Source: Naegleria gruberi
Lineage: Eukaryota
Assembly: GCA_000004985.1 (NCBI GenBank)
Contig: GG738884.1
Length of the DNA: 64,000 bases
Direction: 5' to 3' (one strand)
This document shows positions 11,792 to 24,048 of the stretch, one piece after another; positions within the stretch are counted from its first letter, which is position 1; each line of letters starts with the position of its first letter. The notes beneath the pieces were generated by a model. That model had not been told where the DNA came from, searched no databases, and saw only the letters and a program-made list of their open reading frames with translations. A program made the translations under genes and the position numbers.

Positions 11792-12823
11792 ATGAAGAAA
11801 TCAAAGTCCTTCTCCAACTTTCTCGGAAATGAAGAACAAATTCAAGGCCTTTTTGAATTATCGGAGGAAGAAAAAAGGATGATCCAAAGGAGGAAACAAG
11901 TGGAGAATTGTAAAGAGGAAATTACAAAATTAAAACAAGCAATTGAAGAAATTAGAGATTATAAAAATCAATGGGTTTGGGTTAAATATTCAAGAAAAGT
12001 AGTCATGATTGCACATTTAATTACAGCAGTTTATATTATTGCCGAAAAAACAATGAGAGTTTTGAATACTTCACTCTACAGAACAGTTTCTCATCAGTTA
12101 TCATTTAGTCAGCTGATGAAATCATGGATGCAGAGTAAATTCAAGAATAGCTCGTTGAAAAATTTAAAGGAGTTTATGAAGGGATATCACGAAAATATTT
12201 CCAGACAATATCAAGATCAAAAACTTAAAAAGAAGGAACATTTACAATTTTTATCTCAAACTGATTTTTCTCCATTTACATTTGATATGAATTCTGGTGG
12301 AATTATGAATATTGTTGGAAATATTGCAGGATTTTTTGGAGCAGCAAAGCAATCTACAGATAGAATCTTGAAAATTATTGATCCTTCTGATAGCTTATAT
12401 TTTGGAAATGATGGAGTCATGTCACCAATGATTGATCAAATACCTGATAGCAGCCATGCTGCATTTCAAAACCCAGATTATCTCAAGGGAGATGCATCTA
12501 TTAGAGAATTATTACAATCAAGAGGTTTCAAATCACTTGTTAAATTATTTGGAAAAGAAACCTTACAGAGTGGATCATTGATATTTCTTGTTTATTGGTT
12601 TGGAAAACACAATATTAAGAAGAGAGTATTTGCAACCATTCTACTTTTCCTTTTCAATGTTTACATGCTGGTATTTGATACAAACACAACAAGAGATCGT
12701 TTTGGCTCAATCATTCACTGGAACATTATATTTAATCTGCTTTCCCTCACTCTATTCCTTTTATTCAAACAACATTTGAATGTAACCACAGGTTACAGTG
12801 AACAACGTTTCTTAGATGATTGA
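11792..12823 (+). CDS. hypothetical membrane protein (343 aa)
   Basis: ATG at 11792. It has a coiled-coil-like N-terminus and hydrophobic segments (VVMIAHLITAVYIIA, LIFLVYWF...ILLFLFNVYMLVF). No domain recognised. Confidence 0.4.
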   Translation: MKKSKSFSNFLGNEEQIQGLFELSEEEKRMIQRRKQVENCKEEITKLKQAIEEIRDYKNQWVWVKYSRKVVMIAHLITAVYIIAEKTMRVLNTSLYRTVSHQLSFSQLMKSWMQSKFKNSSLKNLKEFMKGYHENISRQYQDQKLKKKEHLQFLSQTDFSPFTFDMNSGGIMNIVGNIAGFFGAAKQSTDRILKIIDPSDSLYFGNDGVMSPMIDQIPDSSHAAFQNPDYLKGDASIRELLQSRGFKSLVKLFGKETLQSGSLIFLVYWFGKHNIKKRVFATILLFLFNVYMLVFDTNTTRDRFGSIIHWNIIFNLLSLTLFLLFKQHLNVTTGYSEQRFLDD

Positions 12824-12944
12824 AATTGTATCAAAAGTAAGACATATTTACTTGTTAGCCAACAAGATGTACATTACCCAAAACAAAAAAACAGGCTTTT
12901 GATTGTTGGCGCCAATTTTATTTCACCAAGCAGTGGAAAAAAAA

Positions 12945-15273
12945 ATGTTATCATCAAACAACGTTGGTTCCTCTTCGAGTGGCGATGAGAAGTCATCATT
13001 AAAAAAGCACACAATGCATCATCACAGAGAAGAAATCGATTCATCATCGGCGCTCACAGAAACTTTAGATATTGAAGTTGTTGATGAAGAACATGAAAAG
13101 GATTTAGTGAAGGAGGAAGAAAGTGTTGCGGAATTAATTAAAGATGAAAATGTTGATGAGGAAAAGATTGATGGTGATTTACCAGATCAAGAAGAAGTAG
13201 AAGATGAATCATCTGCCCCAAAGGCTGTTAAAGAAAATTTTGATAAATTAAACGAACTTTTGCAAAAGACCGAAACCTACTCTCGTTTTATTCATGAACA
13301 TGTTGTCGGTGAAGAAGAAGATGATGTAAAAGAAGAAGAACAAGAAGAAGAGGAAGCAAGCGAAGGAGAGGAAGAAGAATCAAACGGAAAAAGAAAAAGA
13401 AAGGGTAGAAAGGCAACAACCACTGACGAATCAGCTCAAAAAAAGTTGAAATCTGTTTTCAGCAAATCCAAGACATTACAAACAGCTAATCAAGCTGCTT
13501 TAAAGTATTCTCAACCAAAATATTTGTCCGGAACAACACTTAGAGATTATCAATTGAAGGGTGTTAACTGGTTGATTAGTTTGTATGAAAATGGTGTCAA
13601 CGGTATTTTGGCAGAGTAAGTTTTCTTTATTTGGAATGTGTTATTTACTAATTATTTCAAGTGAAATGGGTCTCGGAAAAACTATTCAAACTATTGGATT
13701 ATTTTGTCATCTTTATGAAAAGGGAATTAAAGGACCATTCCTTGTTGTTGCACCATTGTCAACTGTATCAAATTGGGTAAATGAGATTGATAAATGGGCT
13801 CCTGATATTGGGTGTGTACTTTATCATGGTAATAAGGATGATAGAGCTATTATAAGAGCAAAGAATTTTTCAAAGGTAAAGAAGGGACAAATTGCTGTAG
13901 TAGTTTCATCATATGAAATTGTTATGAGAGACAAGAAATTCTTGGCAAACAAATTTAATTGGAAGTATATTGTAGTAGATGAAGCCCACAGATTGAAAAA
14001 TTTCAATTGTAGATTAACTAGAGAATTGAAGACTTACTCGAGTGAAAATAGATTGCTTCTTACAGGTACACCATTACAAAATAATTTATCTGAACTTTGG
14101 TCATTACTCAACTTTTTATTACCATCAATTTTTGACGACTTGAGTGCTTTTAACAAGTGGTTTGATTTTACAAAGAAGGAAAAGAATGATTATATTACAA
14201 ATGAAAAGACACAACTCATAAGCAAGCTTCATAACATTCTTCGTCCTTTCTTATTAAGAAGATTGAAGAGTGATGTAGATATTGGTATTCCAAAGAAACG
14301 AGAATTTTTAATTTATACACACATGACAGATATGCAAAAGGAATATTATAATGCTGTAAAAAGTAAGGATCTCTTACCAATTTTCAAAGATCAAAAGAGA
14401 GCAAATAGCACAACTCTTTTGAATTTACTTATGCAAATGAGAAAGATTTGTAACCATCCATTCTTGCTTAGGTATGTTTCGAGATTATTTTACATTTTTT
14501 TAATAATTTTATTTAGAGAATTTGAAACAAAAGACAGTGAATCTGAATCTGCTTCAAACAAGAGATTCTTGAAGGAATGTACACAAAATTCTGGTAAATT
14601 TGGATTACTTGTAAAAATGTTGGAAAATTTGAAAAAGAATGGTCACAAAGTTTTAATCTTCTCTTTAATGACAAGATTTTTGGATGTACTTGAAGATTAT
14701 CTTGAATGTAGAGGTGACATGAAATATTGTAGAATAGATGGTTCCATTGCTCAAACTGAGAGAGAACAAAAAATCAAAGAATTTAATCAAGATGAAGATG
14801 TATTTTGCTTTTTACTTTCCACTCGTGCTGGTGGTTTGGGTATTAACTTGACAGCTGCTGACACTGTTATTATTTACGACAGTGATTGGAATCCTCAAAT
14901 TGATTTACAAGCTCAAGATCGTTGTCACAGAATTGGTCAAAAACGTAGTGTTAGAATTTTCAGATTACTTACGTTAGGAACTGTAGAAAAGAAAGTTCTT
15001 CAAACAGCAACAAAGAAACTCAAATTGGAAAGACTTATCATCCACAAAGGAAACTTTAAAGGCAACACTCAACAACAAAGCAAGATGACTATCACAGCAC
15101 AAAATTTGATGGAAATTTTGGATGATACTCAAGTCAATAATGACAGCAAACATGATGAAGGAATTAATGACGATATCTTGGACAGACTTATCAATGAAAG
15201 AGGAGATGATTCAACTCTTCCAGCTGCAGGTGTTGGATATGAAGAAGCACACATCTTCCAACAAGACTTTTAG
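12945..15273 (+). CDS. SNF2-family chromatin-remodelling ATPase of the HELLS/Lsh/DDM1 type, three exons
   Basis: Exons 12945..13615, 13662..14471 and 14517..15273. Intron 1 is 13616..13661 (GTAAGT...TTTCAAG); splicing restores [15 protein letters not shown]. Intron 2 is 14472..14516 (45 nt, GTATGT...TTTAG). It is in frame, so the ORF reads through it. [33 protein letters not shown]...[14 protein letters not shown] is closely HELLS-like. The helicase-C motifs are [13 protein letters not shown] and [11 protein letters not shown]. Confidence 0.8.
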
Positions 15274-16210
15274 TTCACTCTCGATAATAATTTGCCTTTT
15301 TGGTGTTGTCAACAATTAACCAACCTTCCATTAAAGCTCTATTTATTTAAATATCCATATTTTCAATTAAGGATGCACAACCACCCTTGATTGGAAATGA
15401 TTTGGCTATGGCTAACTACGAGATTTTTCATCTTGTTGAACTTTTTATCGTTACAAGTGAGCTCAATCATGGAGAAATACACCACAACAACTCTCAACTG
15501 TATAAATTAGTAAGGTAGATATACAACCACATCACCAACTACATTTTTATCATTCTAATGAATCTTTGCAATGAATCTTTTTCAAAGAATGCGCAAGAGA
15601 AGCCCAGCAAGAGCTACTATTAATTCTGTTCTTTTTCTCAACTTGAACACAGCGACCAATCTGCGAAGTGGCAATTTTATATCTGCCTGCTCTGTGATGC
15701 AACCTGGCATTTTTCATTTTTGAATTGCTTATTGCTCATGCCTGCAATTGGTGCAATCTCACGTTGGGAGATTGTATGCAAGCACTTCCTCACCTTTTTC
15801 AAATCAACAAAGTCCATCATCACACTCTAGACAACAAGATAAAACAAATAACGTTAAACAACAGTCAAGTGTGATTGTTATTGATTTCAAGAAATTCCTA
15901 TTTATTGCAAGACAACCGAATCTTGCATATTTAATACCAAGATGTACTCTAACAACAACATTCACAATAACACACCTCCCAATCCTTACAATAATACCAC
16001 TCCCAATAATATCCGTGATGAACAACAGCAGCACAATTTTCATCATCATCAACAACAATATCCAACAATGTTTTAATCAAAACTCACCAATCTGTAATAC
16101 AGGAAGTTAATGATCATCCTCACTGTACAGTTAATCCTACACCACTGCTTCCCAATATTTCCAGTTTTAATTATTTTCATCATGAATATGCCAAGCCATT
16201 AACCTCAGAT

Positions 16211-17446
16211 TTGAGATCATTCTCTGCCACTCCTTTTTCCCAACAACAACAACAACTCAACAATTGCGCAACCCGAGCCACCTTGAATACCAATCTTGAT
16301 CATAATTCCTCCACTGAATCGTCTTCCAATAATGATTCTTCATCCAGTGGAAACATATCTGAAAAGCCACTTTCGAGACATTCACGAGAGAGTCTTGGCA
16401 CTATATACAATGAAGATTCATGTCAATCGAATACCAATCCTGAGAATACCAATAATTCTTCTGCTAGTGGAGTTGGTGGCCTTTCGTCCTTTGATTCCTC
16501 TTTCCAACATGCTCTCACCACTCAGGAAAACCTCAATGAACCAAATCGATCAAAGAAACTAGATGTTCTCTCAGCTGATCAGATACGACAATACTTTTGC
16601 TATACTCAACAAGATGCTGCTCGTCTATTGGGTGTCTCTGTATCGACATTGAAGAGACGTTTCTATGAGCTCAAGTTGGGAAAGAGATGGCCCTACAAGA
16701 GAACTAAGCAAACACCACGAAAGAGAAAGGATAAGCAGACAATGAGTGAGGAGAGACAACTCATTGATCAGGGTATTAAGGCATGCTCAAATGTTATGAT
16801 TCTCACTCCCATGAAACAATCACCAGTAGTACTACTGATGGCCACAAGTAAGGGAAGCAATAATGGATCTGCAATTCTCAACCTTTCGAATGGTTTCTCT
16901 AATAATGTAGAAGTTTCGGTAAGACAGCAAACACCACCATCTGCTACAAGTAATATGAGTCAACAACAATCAGTTTTCGATAAGAGAAACTTGAAGAATA
17001 ATCAATCATCCTATTCGAGTGGTATTGAAAAGCAACACAAGATGAATTCACCCTCTTCCAATAAGGTACTTTCACCAATCAAGAATATATTACTCCAACA
17101 ACATTCCAATAATTCTGAATTCTTAAGTATTGTAAATAGATCTAGATCCTCTTCCAATCATTCCATGAGCAGTTCCTCAGTTTCTTCCACCAATCCAAAT
17201 AATCAGCATCATTCCTCATCCAATCACTCATTACAAGATGAAAAGGGAGCTCTTTCCACACAACCATATCCACAACTAAATCACAATTCTTATCATCCAT
17301 CCTCGTCCCCCCTCAATATGACGAGAAACGAAAATTCATGCAAGAGAGAAACATCTATGGAGCAATCCAGAAAGAAACTTTCTCTCAGTTATATATTGAA
17401 TCATTCCGATTGTAACAATTCGATATCATCCGAGCAAACTTCATGA
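16211..17446 (+). CDS. RWP-RK domain transcription factor with S/N/Q-rich low complexity (5' end uncertain)
   Basis: The RWP-RK core is LSADQIRQYFCYTQQDAARLLGVSVSTLKRRFYELKLGKRWPYKR. The ORF begins at TTG 16211 and the frame stays open upstream toward 16090 with no in-frame ATG, so the true start or an upstream exon is unresolved. An upstream low-complexity ORF (from about 15941) could be the 5' part. Confidence 0.6.
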   Translation: MRSFSATPFSQQQQQLNNCATRATLNTNLDHNSSTESSSNNDSSSSGNISEKPLSRHSRESLGTIYNEDSCQSNTNPENTNNSSASGVGGLSSFDSSFQHALTTQENLNEPNRSKKLDVLSADQIRQYFCYTQQDAARLLGVSVSTLKRRFYELKLGKRWPYKRTKQTPRKRKDKQTMSEERQLIDQGIKACSNVMILTPMKQSPVVLLMATSKGSNNGSAILNLSNGFSNNVEVSVRQQTPPSATSNMSQQQSVFDKRNLKNNQSSYSSGIEKQHKMNSPSSNKVLSPIKNILLQQHSNNSEFLSIVNRSRSSSNHSMSSSSVSSTNPNNQHHSSSNHSLQDEKGALSTQPYPQLNHNSYHPSSSPLNMTRNENSCKRETSMEQSRKKLSLSYILNHSDCNNSISSEQTS

Positions 17447-17727
17447 GAAATTTATAGAGACAATCTTCTTGAGAATGTGAATGTTCTTGTGCAGCTCTAA
17501 TCAAGTACTTGATTTCAACCAATCTGGTACAGAATTACTCATCAATTAAGCTTAATAAATGACATTTTATGATGATAAAAACGATATTCCATAACTTTCG
17601 AACTTGATAGAAGTTATTAGAATCTCTAAATTACAGAACGAATCACCTTTATTTTAATCAGACTTTCATCTTTATAAGAAAAGTTAGCCAATTGTCTCTG
17701 ATTCCGAATTAGAGCTCTAGTGAAGTG

Positions 17728-18226
17728 TCATTCTACAAGCACAACCCCAAAAAGAAGAACCAAGCAAATAAAAACTAAACAAAATAATGCCAGCATGACA
17801 TAGAGAAGTGGGCCAAATATGCCATTGTAGTATTGATATTCATCATATTTGGGATTTCCAGGTTTTTTATACATTGTCTTCGTCCATGTAATTTGAGAAC
17901 TTGTGGATGGTGTTGTGTTCACTTCAATGTAGAGAGAAATAATCTTACCCTCTCGTAATGTTGAAAGATTGGATGTGGAAATGCTTGTTGCTCTCATAAT
18001 TGTGTTATTGTTGTTTGGGTTTGCATTTTCTATTTGTCCAATGTTTCGCTCTTGCATAGGTTGCACAATTATTGAAAACAGTGACAATTTTGGCTGTAAT
18101 CTCAACATTGACAATGTCCATGAATTCGTACTGTGCTTTACTGGCTACTGAACTGACAACTGCTGAAGCAATGAGGAAAGAGCAGGCTCCAAGAAAAGTG
18201 GCGCAGAATAACGAAATGACGACCAC
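17728..18226 (-). CDS. possible small two-exon membrane protein (weak call)
   Basis: Two minus-strand ORFs in different frames, 18005..18226 and 17728..18114, each contain a transmembrane-like stretch (LLIISIIVVVISLFCATFLGACSFLIASAVV; IFGPLLYVMLALFCLVFICLVLLFGVVLV). I identified neither the start nor the splice sites. Confidence 0.2.
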
Positions 18227-18599
18227 AATGATGCTAATGATAAGTAGTTTGAACAGTTTTTTTTAATACATTGGTGAAAATTACATTTATCACTCTATAT
18301 TGGCCAATATAACTATTTATTAGTTATTTCACTAAAAAGGAAGGCAAAAACAATTGTAATGTGGTCGTACCTAGCTATTAATATTAAACATGTTTGAAAC
18401 TATTTAGAATAAACTCATTGTAAACAACAAGTCAGACCACAACTTTGGTATTGAATACATATTTAGTCAATCTCATTCAACTGTTCATTGTTCTTGGTTT
18501 TTTTATAACTTGAAAAAGATTCGAAATAACTTTTTCAAATTACAAAACACAAAAAAAAATATTTTAATCAAAAAACCACACGAGGCCTCGCTAACTTGC

Positions 18600-20513
18600 A
18601 TGCTTCAATCCAACAATCAAACAACAATTTCTCAGAACAATAACCAAAATGCCTCCTCTCTCGTGATGAATTCCGGAGAGAGTGGTATGATGAATCTTGT
18701 AGAAGAGGTTGAACTCTCCATTTCATGTAATAATTTACCGAATTTAGACTTGTTGAGTCTTACTGATGCACAGGTGCATATCTTTTCCAGCTCTACGTCG
18801 AGTAATCAAAACAATTGGGTATTTGTTGGAAAGACTGAAATTATTTGGGATAATTTATATCCGAAAGTATGTAATTGTGATTGATTATTTATTTATTTAT
18901 TTAATTGTGTGTGATGATGAATTAGTTTGTTACCAAATTCTTACTCAAGTACTATTTCGAAACTAATCAATATTTGAAATTCATTGTTGTTGATATTGAC
19001 AATGATAGTCAAAAATTGGAAGATCAAGAATTAGTTGGTGAAATGTATTGTACATTGGGTGAAATTGTTGGTTCAAAGGGAGGTCGATTGGTGAAACCTC
19101 TTCTCCTTCCAAACAAACCAAATGCCAATAGAGGTTTCATTGCAATTCGTTATGAAAAAGTTAATGGTTCAGGATCTGGAGGTCAAGAACTTGTGAATTT
19201 CAAGATTTCTGCCTCTAATTTGGATTCAAAGAATTTCTTCTTTGGTAAATCTGATCCATTCTTGGTGATTAATAGAGTTGATATTGAAGCTAATGAATAT
19301 TCTCCAGTTTACAAATCGGAATATTATAAGAAAACTTTGGAATGCTCATGGAAACCTTTCCAATTGACTACTCAAACTTTGTGTAATGATGATAAAATTA
19401 GAGGACTAAGATTAGAAGTTTATGATTGGAACAAGTCAGGTAAACATGAATTGATTGGTCACTTTGATACCAATTTGGAAGAATTATTGAAGGAAGGAAA
19501 GAATAAGACCTACTTGTTAATTAATCCAGAATTGAAGAAGAAAAAGAAGAATTATATTGGAAGTGGTAACATTAAGATTGAACATATTGATCTCATCAAA
19601 ATTCCTCCAAAACCAACCTTTTTAGATTATATTAGAGGTGGTCACCAAATCAGTTTAATGGTTGCTATTGATTTTACCATTTCAAATGTTGAGGCATGGA
19701 AGGAAATTTCTTTGCACTACATGAAAGAAGGGCATGAGAATGATTACCAACGTGCCATTAGAACAGTTGGTGATATTTTGAATTATTATGACAGTGGTAA
19801 GTGTTAAATTGTCATTTTTCATCTTATTCGAATTATTTTATCATGTTTTCATGATGCTTTTTCAAATGAAATCAGACAAAAAGTACCCAGTTTATGGATT
19901 TGGAGGTAAACTTCCTAACAACAAAACATCTTACTGTTTTGCAGCTAATTTAGATGAAAATAATCCAGAAGTTTATGGAGTTAATGGTATCTTGGAAGCT
20001 TACAAACATGCCATCGAGAATGTTCAATTGTCAGCTCCTACAAACTTTAAACAAATTATTCGTAAGGCAGCTGATTTATCAGAAGAGAGCAAGCTGACTA
20101 ATTATTACATCCTACTCATTTTGACAGATGGTGGTATTACAGATCTACAAGAAACCATTGATGAAATTGTTCGTGCCACCAACTTGCCACTCTCCATCAT
20201 TATAGTTGGTATTGGTAAGGATAGCTTTGGTAATATGGACATTTTAGATGCTGATGAGAAACCATTAGTCTCATCTAAGGGAGTCAAAATGGTTCGTGAC
20301 ATTGTTCAATTCGTTCCATTTAGGGACTTTAAGAATGCTGATCCTTCTGTCCTTGCAAAGGAGGTTCTTCAGGAAGTGCCATTGCAATTCCTTTCCTACA
20401 TGGCTACCAATAACATTATGCCTCAACCTCCAATCAAAGCAGAGTCATTCTATGGAAGTGTTAACAGTAACAGCAATAATAGCTTAATACCCACCCCAAC
20501 TACAAATCAATAA
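18600..20513 (+). CDS. copine (C2-C2-vWA) with three exons
   Basis: Exons 18600 (or ATG 18666)..18866, 18950..19796 and 19876..20513. Intron 1 is 18867..18949 (GTATGT...CTCAAG, phase 0). Intron 2 is 19797..19875 (GTAAGT...AATCAG, phase 1). Copine hallmarks are VELSISCNNLPNLDLLS, FFGKSDPFLVINR, CTLGEIVGS, and the vWA block MVAIDFT...YGFGGKLP...LILTDGGITD. Confidence 0.8.
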
Positions 20514-20759
20514 CTTGAACACCTTTTTTAGTTATTTACTCCACACTACAATTATGTGAGATATGTAAATAAATACAATCACATGCCAAATTGAAATGAA
20601 TGTGTATTGTAAAGGCAGAAAATTAAAATTCCAGATCCAACTCCCCTACTTTTTAAGCAATCTTCTTTAAATGAATAAATCAGCCAGCATTGAGATCATC
20701 ATCCTCAGTAAGCGCAGAAAGGAAATTATTTAGAAGAAGAAAAAATAAAAAGCACAGCC

Positions 20760-22393
20760 ATGCCGACGATGAACAACATCAATGTTGAACCAAGTAATCC
20801 GCTGAAGGGATTCAGAACTGGCTTATTGGAAAAATTGTTCGTGGACACTTCGCCAACAGCTTTGAGGCGAAATTCTATTCACAATACCACATCACCAACA
20901 TCATCTTCTGCAACAGTACTATTAAATAGTAGTGTGGATGGAAAAGAGATAATGGATGAGGGTAGTAGTAGAATTTGCTCTGCACCATCTGGCCTTCCAA
21001 ATCAGTCATCATCAACTAATGGAAAAACAAGTCCTTCATTGCTAACACATTCCCGAATGATGAAGAGATGTTCCAAGCAACAATTGTTAAGCATGCTACC
21101 AAAGAAACCATATTTAAGAATTCAATATGCATCTCACTGTTGCTCTGGGGTTATATCCGATCAATTACAAGAGGAAATTCTTAAAGTTGCCCAACGAGAG
21201 AATGAACTGAGAGGCATAACTGGTGTTTTAATTTGTGTTCAGGACATGTTTTTTCAAATCATTGAGGGTCACACGGAACAAGTAGATAGATTATATCACA
21301 ATATTTTGAAGGATAAGAGACATTATGATGTGGTGTGTGTTGACAAGACATACTTTAGTTTAGATGAGGAGAGATATTTTCCAACTTGGTGCATGCAGGC
21401 ATTGGACATACAGAGCTTATTTGATCATTGTCTCGATCCAGCTCATTCAACAGCTGTTGGGGCTGCATTTAGGGCTTTTAAAACATTACTAGGTATGTTT
21501 CTTTATAATCAACGCCAATAATTATCATTTTTGGATTTTACTGATTCTATCTTTGAATTCAATCATGCATCTTATAAAATATAACCGCTTTGCTAACCTA
21601 TCAATTCAACAGGTTCACTTTTAAATACACAACAAGTGTTTAGAAATTATGCTCAACCTGCCATTTCAAAATATTTGAGTGAAGGGGAGAACCCAATGAT
21701 TAAGGAATCAGTAGAGACTGATAAGGTTATATTATTCATTGATCTTGTAAATTATACGAGTATCACCGAGAAGGTTTCAAAAACAAGGAAACCATCACAA
21801 GTGGTAAATATTTTGAATACATTCTTTGGAGTTGTTATGGAAACAGTTGAGGAATATTCTGGAGAGATAACTAAATTAATTGGTGATTGTGTAATGGTCT
21901 ATTTTGATGGAAACGAATGTCAACAGGCTGTTGATTGTTCCATTGATATTTTGGAGAGACTTGAAACTTTAAGGCAAACATCTGATGATCCTTGCATTAA
22001 GATGATTTATTGTACCATTGGTATCAGCAGAGTAAGTTTTACATCTTGAAAAAAGCTCAAAAATCTTTTTAATAGGGATTGGTTATATTTGGAAATGTTG
22101 GTTCTGTGGGAAGGAAACTTGATTTTACAGTAATTGGAGACTCTGTGAATACAGCATCTAGATTACAATCATTTGCTTCCATTTCTCCACATTTTCTAAT
22201 ATTCGATGAGAGTGTTAGAGAGAGACTAGAAGACACAACAGAACAATGTATCGTTGAAGTTGGGGCAATAGAACTAAAAGGAAAAGAAAGGTCTGTTAAA
22301 ACTTACACAATCGATCACGAACTCAATTACAAACCTTCCAAAAAAGAGATGGACCGCATAATGTCTCTATCAGCCCTCACAGAATATTGTTGA
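20760..22393 (+). CDS. photoactivated adenylyl cyclase type (BLUF domain plus class III nucleotidyl cyclase), paralog 1, three exons, 489 aa
   Basis: Exons 20760..21492, 21613..22031 and 22076..22393. Intron 1 is 21493..21612 (120 nt, GTATGT...CAACAG). Intron 2 is 22032..22075 (44 nt, GTAAGT...TTAATAG). The BLUF domain is LRIQYASHCC...ITGVLICVQDMFFQIIEGHTEQVDRLYHNILKDKRHYDVVCV...FPTWCM. The cyclase domain is ILFIDLVNYT...LIGDCVMVYF...GNVGSVGRKLDFTVIGDSVNTASRLQ. The spliced product aligns colinearly with paralog 2. It also has an N-terminal S/T-rich extension of about 100 aa. Confidence 0.8.
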
Positions 22394-22777
22394 GAGAACC
22401 ACGAGTGGATTCATAGAGATCTATAAGGAATTTTAAATTTGGATTATGGTGTTGTTGGCAGGTTGTATTTAATTCAATGAAAAGCTGTATGGTTTTCCAT
22501 ATATATAATTCACAGAGATATCAAGGAGGCAATGGTATATTTATATTTTTTGTAACCATCTTAATGGGAGAATATTTGAATAAGAAATAGTTAGCCCATT
22601 TTCCTTATTTATAATAATTGGAGACCATATTAAGGATTTGAGATTATAATCTTCATCTTTGTCTCCAACACTTCAAGGTAAAAGGGTGCCTATCCTCGAA
22701 CAACACAACTCAAAAAAAAAAAAAGAACAACTCAACATCAACACCAATCATATTTTTCATCTCCAAATCACCACCAC

Positions 22778-23950
22778 ATGTCCTCCATTCAAGAACAATC
22801 TCCACAATATACTCGTGTGCAATATGTATCCCTCTCAACGCAGGGAGTCATTACAGAAAAGATAAAGTCCCAGATATTAGCCTCATCCAACAAGAACAAT
22901 TCCAAGCGTCATATTACCGGCTGTTTGATATGTGTGAAGGATATGTTCTTTCAAATTATTGAGGGAAAGACAGATGATGTTGAAAATTTATATACAACTA
23001 TTGTCAAGGATAAAAGACACAACAATGTTGTCTGTGTTGACAAGTCTCAGTTTTTTAATGAAGAAGAGAGAATGTTTCCTTCATGGGATATGAAATCGCT
23101 TGATGTTGACAGTTTATTCTCAGCAAAGAAGGAAGTTTTGATTTGTGGGGAGAATTGTAATCCACTGGATCCAGCACATAAACGAGTCATTGAGACTGCA
23201 TTCTCTGCTTTCACAACCTTGATGGGTAGTTTGTTTAGAGCTCAACAAGTTTTCAAGAATTATGCTCAACCGAGTGTCAGCAGGTTTGTCAGAGAAGGAT
23301 TGAATCCACTCTGTATTCAATCAGTTGAAACTGAAAAGATTGTACTTTTTGTTGACCTTGTAAATTATACCACCTTAACAGAAATCATTTCCCAATCGAG
23401 AAGTGCATCAGAAATTGTAAGAATACTCAATGTTTTCTTCACAATTGTTATGGAAATTGTTGAAGAATATGGAGGAGACATTACAAAATTGATTGGTGAC
23501 TGTGTAATGTGTCACTTTGATGGCCATGATTCACAGAAAGCAATAGATTGCTCATTGAAAATCCTCCAACAACTAGAACTTCTCAGAAATGAAACAACCG
23601 ATCCATTCGAAAAACTCATCTTTTGTACAATAGGCATATCTAAAGGAAAGGTCATTTTGGGAAATGTTGGTACAGTGGGTCGTAAATTAGACTATACTGT
23701 CATTGGTGATTCAGTTAACACATCGGCAAGATTGCAATCATTCGCTTCCTCGACTCAATATTATCTCATTTTCGATGAGAATGTAAAGAATGATTTGGAG
23801 AGTGGTGATTCAGTTATTTTCTGTGGTTCGATAGAATTGAAAGGAAAAAGAAATACTGTAAACGCCTACACAATAGAAAATGAATATAATAGAAGATTGT
23901 TGAAAGAAGATTTGAAAGCTCTCTACTGTAGTGTATCACTAGAAATGTAA
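22778..23950 (+). CDS. photoactivated adenylyl cyclase type (BLUF plus class III cyclase), paralog 2, intronless, 390 aa
   Basis: ATG at 22778, single ORF. BLUF residues are present: Tyr in VQYVSLS, Gln in MFFQIIEG, and W/M in FPSWDM. The cyclase metal-binding Asp residues are in FVDLVNYT and IGDCVM. GNVGTVGRKLDYTVIGDSVNTSARLQ matches the guanylate/adenylate cyclase consensus. Confidence 0.85.
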   Translation: MSSIQEQSPQYTRVQYVSLSTQGVITEKIKSQILASSNKNNSKRHITGCLICVKDMFFQIIEGKTDDVENLYTTIVKDKRHNNVVCVDKSQFFNEEERMFPSWDMKSLDVDSLFSAKKEVLICGENCNPLDPAHKRVIETAFSAFTTLMGSLFRAQQVFKNYAQPSVSRFVREGLNPLCIQSVETEKIVLFVDLVNYTTLTEIISQSRSASEIVRILNVFFTIVMEIVEEYGGDITKLIGDCVMCHFDGHDSQKAIDCSLKILQQLELLRNETTDPFEKLIFCTIGISKGKVILGNVGTVGRKLDYTVIGDSVNTSARLQSFASSTQYYLIFDENVKNDLESGDSVIFCGSIELKGKRNTVNAYTIENEYNRRLLKEDLKALYCSVSLEM

Positions 23951-24048
23951 ATAAAATCAATACCTTATTAACTCTATGACTTGACGAGTTGTGCGATAGT
24001 TGATTCTCCTTTACTTTGTCACTGACACTAAATTGTTGATTAGTAACA

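Noticed and set aside
15748-16110. Low-complexity ORF of 120 aa upstream of the RWP-RK gene.
   Set aside because: It is not supportable as an independent gene. It is more likely part of the 5' region of the RWP-RK gene or non-coding, so I left it unannotated.
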